This document shows, piece after piece, positions 22,271 through 35,700 of a stretch of 64,000 nt of DNA. The DNA comes from Perkinsus chesapeaki ATCC PRA-425. Its lineage: Eukaryota; Protista; Perkinsozoa. Within the stretch, counting starts at the first letter, position 1. Each line of letters opens with the position of its first letter. The notes beneath the pieces were generated by a model. That model was given only the letters and a program-made list of their open reading frames with translations. It was not told the DNA's origin and searched no databases. The DNA lies in contig JAAPAO010000001.1 of the NCBI GenBank assembly GCA_013115145.1, positions 62,001-126,000 of the forward strand, in the 5' to 3' direction. Made by a program: the position numbers and the translations under genes.

Positions 22271-25200
22271 CTACGCCAGGCTGTCGACCAGCCTAGACCG
22301 AAGCTTCCGCCACCGCGCTCGCCATCGCGGTGGTGTTTTTCCTTTCTTCTTCGATGGACTCGACGGAGATATCTCGTGGCTACCCCGTCGTTCGGGAGGA
22401 TTCTCGATATCATTATACGGCGAAGACCTGCACGACAACCAAGCAAAACTAAACACCAACTAATGCCAATTCACCTTCCCTTTCCAGATGCCACTTCAGT
22501 GCTGCCGGAAATCTCGCTGCTGCCGCGGAACTTGATGCCCCAATCCGATAGAGTGCGGCTCCTATGAGGCCTGTCAACAGCAAAGAGATCACGGCGATGT
22601 TGACCAGCTCCGCACTTACATCTGTTGGGACGCCCCTTTGTTGCTCTGTGTCTCAGAAGGGCGCCTGTTGTCTTCCGTATCGCCCTCGGCTTCCGAAGGT
22701 GTCCAGCGAACCTTCATATCGTTCATAGATTCCATACCGTTCATCTCAATGAGATCATAGGCGTCATCTGTTAAAGCATCAAGGTTGCTGACCTGAGCAG
22801 CGAGGTGTGATTGGTAAGGTGCGAAGCGGAACTGAAGCTCCTACATCAACATCATACGAACCATTGTCGCCCATTCTCTTCACGATCTGCGCCCAGCAAA
22901 GAGAGCTCTCCGTACCAGCTGGCAACCACGTTACATCAGATAAAGGCCATGACTTCCTTGCATTAATTTCATTCCCTAAAGCGGCCTTCCCAGCCTATGG
23001 AGGTTGGCAGCCTACCTGTAGTGGCATCCGTAAACTCGATGGTGCAAACCAACTCAAAGCTGCTTTTCGAATCACTGTCGGTTATCGATCGCATTTGGCG
23101 CAGTCGTCTACGCCCACCCATAACACGTACAACCTGGTGTTAGAGCTTACCTCTGAGAATCGCCGGCCTTAGTCTTCTTCTCCACCGGCTGAGTTGGCCA
23201 TCGAACAGACTTGGGTATCGGTGGCAGCGTCCTTTCATTCAACACTTCAGGATGGCGGTCATACCTAAAGCAGCAGCAGTAGCAGCAATGCTAGTGGAGC
23301 CTCCACCTCCTCGACAGCCTACCCTGGACTAAAATGTCTAATCCAGTTCTGCTCCCCCAAAGTGAAGGTGTTAGTGTTGTCGTATTTGGTCTTGGCCGGG
23401 GGCGGTTTGCCGGCGACTGTCTGCCCTTCAGCTGGACAGGATTTGCTCGAACGATTCGACACTTCCCCTGACAAAGCCAATAAAGCCCATACCGCCAGCT
23501 CCCCTTACCCTCTTGACCAGAAGCGTCCACAGCGTCGTCAGCACTGCCATCACTGCCACTGCTGCTGCTAGCGTCACTGTCATCCTCCATCTCAGCCACG
23601 GCTGCTAGCCTATCCAGGGGGATGTAGGCACAGACTTCCACTGGCAAACTCATGAACTCCAGTGGCATGGATGTATCGAAGAAGTGAAGTTCCTGATATG
23701 CTTCCTTTATTATGTGCTGTGTAGAGCATTGGTCTACCTGTACAGTAGGACAGCTCCAACCATCTGGAGTGGTATCGTGCTCAACGAGAAACAACCTCAT
23801 ATTAACATGGAAGAAGTTCCTATGGAAGACCTAGAGGCATCACAGTCGATTCCGGCCAACCCTGCCAGCTATGTTACATCAACAAATCTAAAGCAGAGCC
23901 GTAGATGATTGTCCGGCTCCTGGTCTTGCTCGACCTCTTCAGCTCCTTCCTCAGATGGTAGCGGTGGTGGAGGGGGCGGCACCTCAAGTTTCCTGGACAA
24001 ATGGACGTAACGGCCGCCTTTAGGAGATAATAGTACTCAGAGATCGACGAGGCGGCGTCGCTGTCATCGTTGTCACCATCGGGTGGTGGTATAGCCAGGA
24101 GCCTAGAGGAGAACGCACAGGCTACGTTGCGTGAATCTGCAAACGACGGCGAGGAAGCTGCCATGTCGGAGAGGCGGCAAGGTAGTATTACTATCTAAAG
24201 TGAACTTGGTGAAGACTATCCCAGTAAGGGCGGTATGCATTATCATACCGAGGATAGATATAATAGTAACACCAACATTAGTACCAAAACATATAGGCTC
24301 TTTACCACCATAACCTATAGTGAATATCGTCTGGACCTATGGAGGAGGTTTAAGGAGGGGTAATGGGGGAACTGGACTTACGACAAAGAAGTAGTAGTCA
24401 GAGAGGCTGTTGACGCCACTGGCGCAGATGTAGTGGGGATCTATAATCTGTAGATCGATGGCGTATATACCAATTGTGACTACATATCTGAGAGAGTGGT
24501 ATGACCATGTCCACAGGCCGTCTTGCGTTATTACGTTATTATGATATACAAGAAGAGCTTCTTATATGGCAATCGGATGATGGACGCGAAGGTGTCATAG
24601 AACCAGTTAAGGTACAGCTAAGATGAGTCCTTCTATCACCACCCTCCCCACCAGTACGACAACCTACCTTAGTTCCCTTTGGGATTAACCGATGAACATT
24701 GACCTCTCCTCTAGGGGATATAATACTCCTTCGTCCACCCTGCATGAAGACCCTCAGATCTCGCCAGGAACTGGTACGACTGAGAAAAGTACTTAATCGA
24801 TCGGAGGGTGCGATACAGGTAAACGACATATATACGCACTTATTATCAAGGGATGGAATGTACTCTGTGCTAGCTGCTGTGCGCCATTCAAAGGCACCAC
24901 TATGGTAAATAAGACCGTATCCAGCAGCAGCAGCCTCAAAGTAACATGCCCCTAGCGATTTCTCTATGCTACGATATTTGTATTAGTGTATGTATCTACC
25001 CCCATCCATAGCACCGGTAAGATTGTGGGGAATAAAGAGTAAGAAAGGAGAGCTCTACATCCCTCATCAGATTGAAGATGTTGCCGGGTGTGGGGGTAAA
25101 AGTCCAAGTGACATTAAAGCTAGAGTCTCACCACTCTTAATCATGCTAGAGCCCACTACTCCTACTACCTCGAGGCCTTGCTAGTAGGGGTAGTCTCATC

Positions 25201-25662
25201 CCACAGGGGCATATCAGGTGCAGAGAACTGGCATCTATCAGATCTCCACTCATTAGGAGGGACAGATCTGTGTCTTGGTAGGTAGGGCTCAGATCCTCCA
25301 TGTTGTCGGATCCGCCCTTGCTGTTGCTTCCAATGTGTGTACCCTCCCTATCAGACTAGTCTCTAAAGATCCTGCAGCATAGGCAACTCTACCATATCGT
25401 CATCATCTCGTTTGTAGGAAGCTCCCTGGGGTATCCTACCCAGCGCCCCGAGGCCACCTGGGGGCACTCTCGTCACCACCGATGTACCTGAGCTGCCACA
25501 TCGAAGAAATCTCAGCAGAGGTAGATAACATGCACTACCATGCCCAGCTGAAAGTGTAGTCCTATCGGATTTGGCGTGAGGCAGTAAGGGCTGGCTGGCC
25601 CCTTTGAGGGATGTTACAGACGGAGCCTTAGTAGATGATGAGCATGATGGAACATGTGTCAT
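22271..25662 (-). CDS. Inward-rectifier K+ channel, copy 2 (Kir2)
   Basis: SIISPRGEVNVHRL, YICASG...YYFFV|VQTIFTIGYGGKEPICF, M2 GMIMHTALTGIVFTKF, PLEFMSLPVEV, FELVCTIEFTDATT|G and RKSW, ending RLVDSLA* at 22271. The start is approximate. Confidence 0.88.
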
Positions 25663-25998
25663 CAAATTTGGTATCTTCAACTACGTCCGATACCCTTCCG
25701 AGACCGCCCCCACCCAATCCCGTATCACATAGCCTTTCGTCAATAAACTCAACAGTACGCTTATCATTCCAGAAGTGCAGTTGTTCATTGTTGTTAACTT
25801 GAAGGCGTAATTATGATGATGGTCATAATAGTTTGAGGTGTACCAGCAGGCAGGAGGAAACGTAAGAGTTATTATATGACAAATCCAATGCTACACCCTA
25901 TCATACAAAAAGGTTAACCAAAGTCAATTACAGTGCCACAACCCCTCCGTCTACCTCTACTATCAACTAGCACGACCTACGGACTGCCGAGATCTAAT

Positions 25999-28900
25999 CT
26001 ACTTTAAGCTGTCTACCAGTTTGGTACTAAACGCTCGTGGCCGTAGACCCTGCCGTGGGGTGCTACGCCGGCTGCTACCACCATCTATTGTGCGAGGTGT
26101 TCGATAAGCTGATCCAGGAGTGGTCCTAACAGTCTCTTCACCGCTATTCAGCGGAGGATCTTCTAAATCTAATAAGTGACCCCTTCCATGGCTTGCTGGC
26201 GGCGACTCTTGGCTCGATGGCATTCTGACATGGAAAATATCTTACAATAAAGACCTCGAAGCGAAGGCAGCAAAGGGTGGACCTAGAGACCTCATATTTC
26301 CTATGTTAAAAAGTAGTGAAACGCCGAGTACCCTGATTTAAGGTTGGCCACCCAAGCCCCCGGAATACTACTCGTTATTATTATCGTTTCCTTCCATGGG
26401 CAGCGCACTGCCTGTGAACTGTATACCCCAATCAGAGTAGGTCCTTCCGCGGAGTACAGGTTGCCTACCGTTCAATAACACTCGACAAGGCCCCATTATT
26501 ACCGAGAGTCCTCCCCATCATCCTCTTTGAAGGGTATTGATTCCCTATCATCATTGGACCACATAGCCTACCACCTTATTACTCTAACCCTTCCACGGTA
26601 CCGGCCTACTCTGAGATCTCCATCAACACCAACAACATCGGCGCAGTTCATCTCAGCAAGATCGTATCCCTCATCAGTCATCGCGTCCAAGTTGCTGACC
26701 TGACCACCGATGGTATAGGCGGCCCAAAGTCCAATGCCGCCGCCTACATCAACATCATATGATCCCTTGTCACCAACTCTCTGAACTATCCTGTCCCAAC
26801 AAAGAGAGCTCTCCGTACCAGCAGGCAACCACGTTACATCAGATAAAGGCCATGACTTCCTTGCATTAATTTCATTCCCTAAAGCAGCCTTTCTAGCCTA
26901 TGGAGGTTGGCAGCCTACCTGTAGTGGCATCCATGAACTCAATGGTGCAGACCAACTCAAAGCTGCTAGACCTCTCATCGTTATTAGTTATCGTCTTCAT
27001 TCGCCTCATACGCCTAAACCCCATGTCCCCAAAACCCACGATTTCCCAATTACGAGGAGCGTCCTCCACTGGATGTACCGTATCCGCCTGAACGTGCTTG
27101 TGGGGCTCTAGGCCTTGGCGACTCTAGGAGGTTACCCTTCGGCAACGGAGGCAGCGTACGATCGTTCAAGCCAGCGTCATATCGCTTGTATCTGTCGAGC
27201 ACCAGCAGCTGCCTGACGCTTGTGATGGTCTCGCTGCTGGTCTCACTGATCGCTAAAATGGCGTATCCAATTCTGTTTCCCTAAAGTTATAGTATTGGTG
27301 TTGAACACCTTATTAAGATCCGCCTCTCTTAACCGCCTATGCGTCGCTGTTGGACATGACTTGTTTGACTGTGCACCTATGTGTCCGTAGTAGACCCCTT
27401 CCCACCCCACGAGTAGTACTGTTATCACTACTGCATGAAAGATCACCGAAGTCAGCGTCACCAAGTATATCCCCGTCTTCGTCTTCCCCAGTACCATCGT
27501 CCATTACAAAGAGCCTGTCCAATGGTATATAGGCGCACACTTCAACCGGCAGACTCATAAACTCTAGAGGGATCGATGTATCAAAGTAATGGATCTCCTG
27601 TCAAGGAAGAAAGGTGCCTTGTTGACCTTGTCGGGAATGGTCGAGCCTACCTGTACTGTCGGACAGCTCCAACCGTCACTGGTCGCGAGATGCTCTACTA
27701 GAAATAGCCGCATATTAACATGGAAGAAGTGACGGTGGAAGACCTGCCATTACATTTACTATTTCCCTAGGCCAGACAGAGTATTACATTAACAAAGCGG
27801 AAGCATAATCGTAGATGGTCATCGGAGTTCATCTCATCACTGCCATCGTCAGCACTGAAGGAAGCAGCACGTGAGCCGTCAACAGTACCCGATGAGCTAT
27901 TGAATTCCGATGGGCAGTCAAAACATTCATAAGCAGTCCCGCTGAGTTGGAGACCCCTTCGAGTTTTCACTATTGGATTATCAAATCTCTTCTCCCTTGG
28001 GAACTAGCAAGAAAGCCCTTCGAGCTCTTCCCGTGAGTATTACCATCCCCGGGCTCCAACTGAGGGTGGGGGTATTGCCAGGAGACGTGTAGAGAAGGCA
28101 CATGCTACATTACGAGAGTCTGCAAAAAGTAAATGGACATCAACGGGAGAAGAGGATATTACTGTCTAAAGTGAATTTGGCGAAGACAATCCCGGTAAGA
28201 GCGGTATGCATTATCATACCGAGGATAGATATAATAGTAACACCAACATTAGTGCCAAAACATATAGGCTCTTTACCACCATAACCTATAGTGAATATCG
28301 TCTGGACCTATAAAGGAGGTTTAAGGAGGGGTAATGGGGGAACTGGACTTACGACAAAGAAGTAGTAGTCAGAGAAGCAATGGACATTTGATGCACATAC
28401 GTAATGGGGATCTATTGCCTGCAGAAAGGAGGCATATATGAAGATAGCCATGACGTAACTGAATAGGACGGTGAACAGAGGCAAGATAAGGCGAATCTTA
28501 CACCACAAAGACGGCAAGAAATAGAGTTCCATAAGGCAGTCTGATAATAGAGGGGAACGTATCATACATCCAGTTGAGGTAGACCTGATAACACCTATCC
28601 CCCAGAATCTTATATAAGGATCACCTTCGTCCGACTTGGTATGAGACGATGTACGTTAAGTTGGCCTTTATGGGATATTAGACTCCGTCGCCCACCTTGG
28701 ATGAACATTTTTAAATTCTGCCTCTGCCACGAAGATCGTTTGCCATACTCACTGATGATACACTAATCACCCCCCTTTTCAAGACTGTTACCTGCTATCT
28801 GTTGACCTTTGATCGTGTTCCAATCGAGCGTGGTTGACCGGACCGGCCACTGTGAACCAGGCTTGGGTATTCCCATATAGGTTATTGGGTGAATGAGGGT

Positions 28901-29333
28901 ACTCGAGTCCGACGTCCACAGAGGCGCTCCTCGGTGGCCTGCCTGGAAGCTCGTTCCGTTGTGCTGTCTTGCATTGATTCTAAAGCACATTATGCCACCC
29001 AAGTTGGACCATACTATTACTATATCATGATGTCCAGCGTAAAAAGAGCCACCATTTGGTATCCTCTTAGGGGAGCTCAACTGTCCTTTTGGGACATTAT
29101 TAGGCCTTGGAGGGCGCCGGCCTGGATGTGGCGGGGAAGCCAGCTGGCCTAGGCAAGGCCTATTTGAGGGTTCAGACTGCATGCGTACCTTCATTATAGT
29201 ATCTATTATGTTCCTCTTTAGATGCTCCCTGTTGTTGAGGCAAATCCTGTAACAAAGGGAGGCTGACATCAGAGAGGTCCCCTCTAGACGAAGATGCTCC
29301 GGTGTTTGGGAGAGGATCCTTATTATAAGTCAT
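25999..29333 (-). CDS. Inward-rectifier K+ channel, copy 3 (Kir3)
   Basis: Start MTYNKDPLP at 29333, then SLISHKGQLNVHRL, YVCASN...YYFFV|VQTIFTIGYGGKEPICF, LCFRFVN|VFHRHF and PLEFMSLPVEV, ending KLVDSLK* at 25999. Confidence 0.88.
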
Positions 29334-29597
29334 TCAGAAGGATACGGAGCATCAAGACTGAAGGAATAGTCAAGTTGAACAACCACTGCTCAAGATTCGC
29401 TGCGAAAAAAATGACAAGAGAAAGTCTTGCCTGGGCTTCGAACCTGTGCGGGACTGGTATCTTTGGGTTTTTATTTTGTGGGCTTTTGCTTTTTACCAAG
29501 ACCGTCACCAGCCTTTCCGGGCCTATTCTCATATAATCTCGATTGTATACTTGTCACGTAATTGACTGAAATGATAGTTTATCGTCATCAATATTGA

Positions 29598-32582
29598 ATG
29601 GCAAAAGGAAATCACGATACCGCCTCGACCGCGAGGAAGCTGAAGGCAATTTATGAGGCTTTGGACGGTGGAAATAGCAAGCAAGCCTTAAAGCTTGCTA
29701 ATTCCCAACTAGCTGTTACGCCTGATAATCAGATAATAAAGTAATACTGAGTACGATATCCTAGTCTATACAATCTCAGAGCCCTAGCATCGGTGGCATT
29801 GGACCGTCTAGGTCGACATGACGAGGCATTAGCACTTTGTGATGAGCTTATGAAGGAAGGACCACCAACGGAAGATACTCTCATATCCACAATGGCTGTG
29901 GTAAGACGCAAAGATACGTTTGATGTTGGATTGTGAGCTTAGGTGTATCGAGCAAATTCTTGCTACAAAGCAATGCTGACTATGTACCAGAATGCAGTGG
30001 GGAAGGAGGATGGCCCTGATCTTGAGGAAGGCCTTACTACAGTCTATGTTGCTGCATTGAGAACCTCCGACTGGTCAGCTGCTCAACAGGCTGCGATGAG
30101 GCTGTAAGCCGCGCACTGAGTACGTAGGGAGCTCCAGGTCATTTCTTATAGGGCCAAGGCTATTCCTAGCAAATCTCAACAGTTCCTCTGCGGCTATGTT
30201 TTAGCAGTATTATTGTCTCGGCCGAAGTCTACCGATCCTATCCTCCGCTTAGCAAAGGCCTCTTTGAGCAAGGTACCTATACACAGCTCGCCTTCACTTT
30301 ACATTGCTGTTCATCAGGTTCTAGCTAGTCCTCCAGAGGACACTACTCCTCGTCGCGAGGCATCCAAGCAGCTCCTTTGGCTCAGTGTCCTGGTGGCAAA
30401 CGGAGAGTGGGAAGAGGCTATGGCCACCGTGGACAAGCTCGGAGGATTTGCTAGTGATGGACAAAAATGTCGTCTGAGAGCCGATATATACGAGACGTCT
30501 GGAAACATCGAAGAGGCTTTCACAGCCGTGCTTGCCGGTGAATAATTTAGGGCCCCCTAAGGTGAACCTATTTTCCGTCGGCAGATCCGAACCCCGATAT
30601 GTCTACCATAAGGAAGGCTGTAACGTTAGCTACTTCCCCCAAAGGCTCTGGTGATATGATTAAAGCTGTGAAAGAGTGGCTTAATGAGGCTACACTCGGT
30701 GAGCGTCCTTCTGATGACGATACAGCAGGGTAGTGGGGAACAAGGGGTCTTTTGTGCATGTTACCGTCCTTAGGTTTGCCAACTCTGTTCACTATGGTGG
30801 CGTTCCTAGCGCCTCTTTGGCCAGACTCGGCCTTATGCTCCTATCTACTTGCACTGGTGAAACGGACGACTTGGTAGCCCAATTAGAGGACTATGTGGAG
30901 GTACTAGTTTGCTAGCCGTTGCTCGACGCATAAGGGTACTCCTTAGGCTTTCGGCCACACGTCTCCTTGCTATTTTGCCCTGCGGCCTTACCTGTCTTCC
31001 CTGACAATGAGCCAAGCTCAGGAATTAGGGAGACTTATGCTGAAGCTTTCGGAGATGAGTATTAATGGTGGAAGTACTTCGTCTCAAAGTGGAAAGCCTT
31101 TCCGACAGCGAATGCTGACGAGAGCACGCATAGCCTCCGCGTTGGTGCCTAGAGAAGTCCCAGTAGAGCAATGGCTTGAGCTGGGGAAGAGCTGGGATGA
31201 GGAGGAAAGTGAGCAACAGGAGGAAGGCGAGGAATGTTCTATTGGAAGGATGCTCATTATCTCTGCTGTTGTGGTAAGGCAACTCTTGTTATTAGGGAGC
31301 CCATAAAATTTGTCTCAGGCCCTCATTGGGCGCGATGAGCCCATACCAGCCTTTGCTGTCTGTCGAGCTGCACGTCTGCGTCATCCCACTTGTGACCATT
31401 TGTCGGTCCTAGAGATAGTGCTACTCAAGGGGGGCCTTGGAATAACTGATATAGGAGAGGAAAGGCAGGAGGTAGTATCACAGGGATTTAGGCCTGGGCG
31501 GCGCAGTTTTCCATTGTGGAGTCCCTCGCCTAATGGTGTTTTGTTAGACTCTTGGCGACCTGAAGAACGCTCAGCATCGCACACTGCTTTGGTTAACTGG
31601 GAATGAGCCTGCGGCTGTAAATCATGTCAGAGACTTTGATTCCGATATGAGCGATACGGTCTTACTGAGTCTGCAGGAGGGGCTATGGGGAAGGGTGGAG
31701 GAGTATCTTAGAGCCGGATGTCGGACCAAGCTCAGTGGAGTGATGGGCGGCCCTGGCGGTGTTGATCAGGATCTTACTCCAATACACTTTGCTATTCCTC
31801 CGGCGATCCTAGGGCCCAAAGCCAATGGCTCACTAGCCGTACTCACCTCCTCTCGTACATTGAGCGAGCCAATGACGGCTTTGGGGTCGATAATAGGCAG
31901 CGAGGACCTCAGCCCGACACCTGTTACTGAGCCGGAGAATGCCGAGTACATCCATCCTATGAGGAGGCTTGTAATGGGAATGCGACAGAAGGTGGACTTG
32001 CCCTCGGAAGTGCGATCGACTAGAGGCGAATTCACGGAGCTGGCAGGGGAGAAGTTACCGGAGAATGCGCCGAAATCCGAGTTGCCAGCCTTGCTTTATC
32101 GGACAGAAGAGACCCTTATGGGCTCACCGGATAACGGTGGAAAGGAAAAGGCAGAGAAGCTACTGGAGCAACTCATCAACAAGCTTAACGAGGATTACCT
32201 TCAGATTGGTACTAAGTTGCATAGAGCGGGCGCGGAGGATGAGGACTGTTGTAAGGCAGTGGAGCAGATCTCTTACTTTGGGGCCTTTGTTGGCCCTGCA
32301 GTGTTTTCACTGGTAATGCGAACGACCAGCTCGTTGTCTAAGAAGTCCCCTATGAGAAAGCTGGTGAAGCATTTCTCCCATAAGGTGCAGGAATTGCTAA
32401 ATGCTTGCTCCAAGGGACTCGAGTCGAGCCGGCCGGCATTGAGGCAGGTATCAGCCTACGGTCTTGGGAGGTCTGTCGGTGCTGCTGTCTGTGAGGTTGA
32501 GGCATTGAGGACCCGGGCAATGAGGGAATCGGCAAAGGTGTGCAGGAAGTGGGCCAATAGCCTTGCTGAAAAGAAAATGTAG
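29598..32582 (+). CDS. NAA25: N-terminal acetyltransferase B auxiliary subunit (NAA25/MDM20)
   Basis: N-terminus RKLKAIYEALDGGNSKQALKLAN...KALASVALDRLGRHDEALALCDEL...TEDTLISTM matches the NAA25 TPR start. Exons continue to a long terminal exon at 31647-32582. The C-terminal half is assigned by continuity. Confidence 0.75.
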
Positions 32583-32722
32583 AGAACGACGATTGCTAGT
32601 GCTTTATTTGGATTCCTACTGTCTTGTTTCTTATAGTGCGATACTTGTTGTTGAGTTCACCCACGCTGCCAATTAAAGGAGGAAAACTGGAGATAGTGTA
32701 GGATCAGCATCTTTCCTTGTTC

Positions 32723-35700
32723 ATGTCGGATCCTCAGCAGCCAAGTGAGGAGGTGCTGAAGGAAACCGGCAATGCGGCAGGAATGAGCGCCGTGGAGGCT
32801 AGTGGAACGCAGTCGCAGGGAGCTAAGGAGTCAAGTAGTCAGGAGGGTAGTAGCACTGGCTGGGGCGGCGGAGACTGGCACGGTGGCAGAGGGTGGCAGG
32901 GGAGCTCTCAGTGGGGTAACAGCAGCGGGGTGGAGGGAGGAGGCTCATGGAATCAGAAGGGAGAGTCAGAGTCGTACGGTAAGCGATGGCGTGATGGAGA
33001 TGAGCAGTATGGCAATAAGAGATGGAGAGGGGGCGAGTGGGACGATCAGAGCTGGAATAGACGAGGAGGATATGATAGCTGGAAGAAGGACAGTAGGGGT
33101 TATAGGGACACGTGGAAGAGCGGCGGTTATAAGAGGTCCTGGGAGGGCGATCATTATCAGAATAGCGGGCAACCGTATAAGGCACGTCGATACGGCAAAG
33201 GAAAGGGAAGTTGGGGATACCAGAAAGATTCTTACGATGAGAGCAAGCCGGTGCCGCCATATTTCCCGGATAGGAATATCTTGAAGACTGATATAATAAA
33301 GCATGTGTATGAGTTTCCGAGGGCGGAGAATCCCGACCGCGATTTCATGAGGAATTTGCCACAGTCGAGTGAACCATGTGAAAAATGCAAAGCGGAACGG
33401 CGGCAGTGCATATGTGAGATAGCAGGGAAGCTGGGATTGCGTGTCCATCGGAGGGATTCTGGGTAGGCTGGAGGTGGAAGGCGGTAGTGTTGGTGATGGC
33501 TTTGTTAGGATAACTGAGGAGGTACAGGAAGCGAAGACAAGACTTAATGAGACTAAATCAAAGTTGGACGGCTTGGACTTGGAGCCTTGGAAGGCGCATA
33601 CACGGGAGACCCTGGTAGTAGCGGGAATGCTCTTTGAAGACCCTCGCAGGGCTCAGCCTTCGAGAGATGATCGGAACATGCGACAAATTTTGAGAGATTG
33701 CTTGCCGTAATGCCCCTCGGGTCAGCTCACAATCAGGGACACCGAGAGGAAGAAACGGCGGTTCGTTCCGTCTGTCCATAGCGTTCGTATGTTCGCATAG
33801 AGCACAAGGTCCTGGAAAAGCAGGTTGCTGTTGTATAGGTGACATCCTTCGTTGTCCGACAAGTACGAGATTATAGCCAGGCGGAGCTGTGTACAAATGC
33901 GTGGTGTAAAATGATGGAGATGTTGGAAGCTATGCCACTAATACCGAAGGATATCTGTAAAGGGGTTGAGGAAGGAGGAGATGGAGGTGTTAATGGGAAT
34001 ATAAGTAGTAGCGGTATGGGAAGTGAGAGGGCCAGTGGGTACTTCAGGGACAATGCATTTGTGTGAGTGCCCGGGGGGATTCATATCGGCTACTAATCAT
34101 CATCTTAAGACAAAGCATCCTAATATGGATAGCTGGCAATGGATGGCAATAACACTGAACCCGTAGGGAGTCTGGACGTATTTGTGGAAGTGTGGTACAG
34201 TTACTTTGAGGGCAACACTTTAACGGCAATGATCGATGATGATGCCTTCTATAGGGAGACCTATCTCAAATGGAGCACTGGGGTGGACGATAGTGGGAAT
34301 GTGATGGTGAGTAGGAGGCTCGATTGCTGTTACTAGGGCCATGGGCTTTGCTCAGAGCTACAGGAATGTACGGGATTTGGTCGAAAGGGCAAAACGGAAA
34401 GAACAGGTCTGCGATGTGGTTACAGCAGATGGCTCGGTCGATACGCAGTAGTAGAGGGCAAGTTCGGGCCGGTCAGGTTTATAGCCTGTCAGGTTCGATG
34501 CTAACAATCAAGAGCGTATAACAACCCGCCTACACTTCTCTGAGTTGGTGGCCGCCTTGGGCCTGCTTCGTACTGGAGGCTCTCTGGTAGAGTTACAGGT
34601 GCGTTAAGGAGATAAGCTCCTTGTAGGTACTGAAAATGTTTACTTTATTTGAACCATCAACAAAGTCTATTATATGGCTTATCAGAGCGATGTTCGATCG
34701 GTGTATCGTTTGCAAACCGGAAATGAGTAAACCTGGCAACTCAGAGGTGATGGATTAGATCAGCTATCTCCCAAACACGGGCGGTGCCGTGCCAATCAGG
34801 TCTACGTCGTCGGTCTCGGTTTTGGCTTTGTCCGCTCAGCGGTGCTCAACAGGCTAATGGGTCTAATGGAAGATAGTGACCTGTGGAAGGGCATAGAAGC
34901 CGGCGATGAGGAGGGCTTGGAGCGAGCGATAGTCCCTGGTGAGCAGCAGCAGCAGGTGTGTGGAAGAAGCGTACTTTCAGACGAGTGGATGTCACCTGTC
35001 TTTAATGAAGCTTTTTCGAAGTGCTCCGTTTACTTCTCAACTCAGCAGACTGAGTATATCGAGCGGAATCTGCGGCTATTCAATGACTGGCCCGAAGAGG
35101 AGAGGCAACTCATTAAGGCTAAGAAGCGAAGGTGTGCACCTTACAGCAGCAGCAGCAGCAGTAGCTTGGGTTGGGTATAGCTGTTGGTTAGTTATCCGTG
35201 GGAGTTCATAGAGAGACTTGACCTTAGAAGGCTTAAGAAGGAGGACAAGATAGTTCCTGATCCTGCAATCCCGCTGGATAAAGGTGGCAACATTAATAGT
35301 ACCAGGTAAGCCCTTTGGAACAGGGCCGAGGATTAGGTTCGACTTCAGGTCTCTTCCGACTGGGGATAGGCCTAATAAGAGTGGTACTCAGTCATCGAGG
35401 GCAGAGTTCAGGAGGCTGTATGATGAGACGCAGGAGAAGAGGGCAACATTAGCCAAGGAGAAGGGGTGCCAAGGATTCGTACCAGTGGAAGGCGCAATGG
35501 TGCCTCCAGGGCAGAGAGGCTCATCTGGGGCCGATGCTGGTGCGTGACTGGTACTTGTAGGATGTAGATGTGCTTTTAGATCCTACCGAAGTGTCGGCGG
35601 TAGGCAGTACCTTGAGCAAGGCTCTGTTAGAGAAGTCTGGTCTTGTAGGAGAGTAAGTGGACTTGAGGGTCGGGGAATCTACCGGGCCGGGGAATCTACT

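Noticed and set aside
29323-29536. Opposing small ORFs and a GGTTCGAA B-box-like sequence between Kir3 and NAA25
   Set aside because: No T-stem pairing or cloverleaf. The region is the short divergent promoter/UTR gap.
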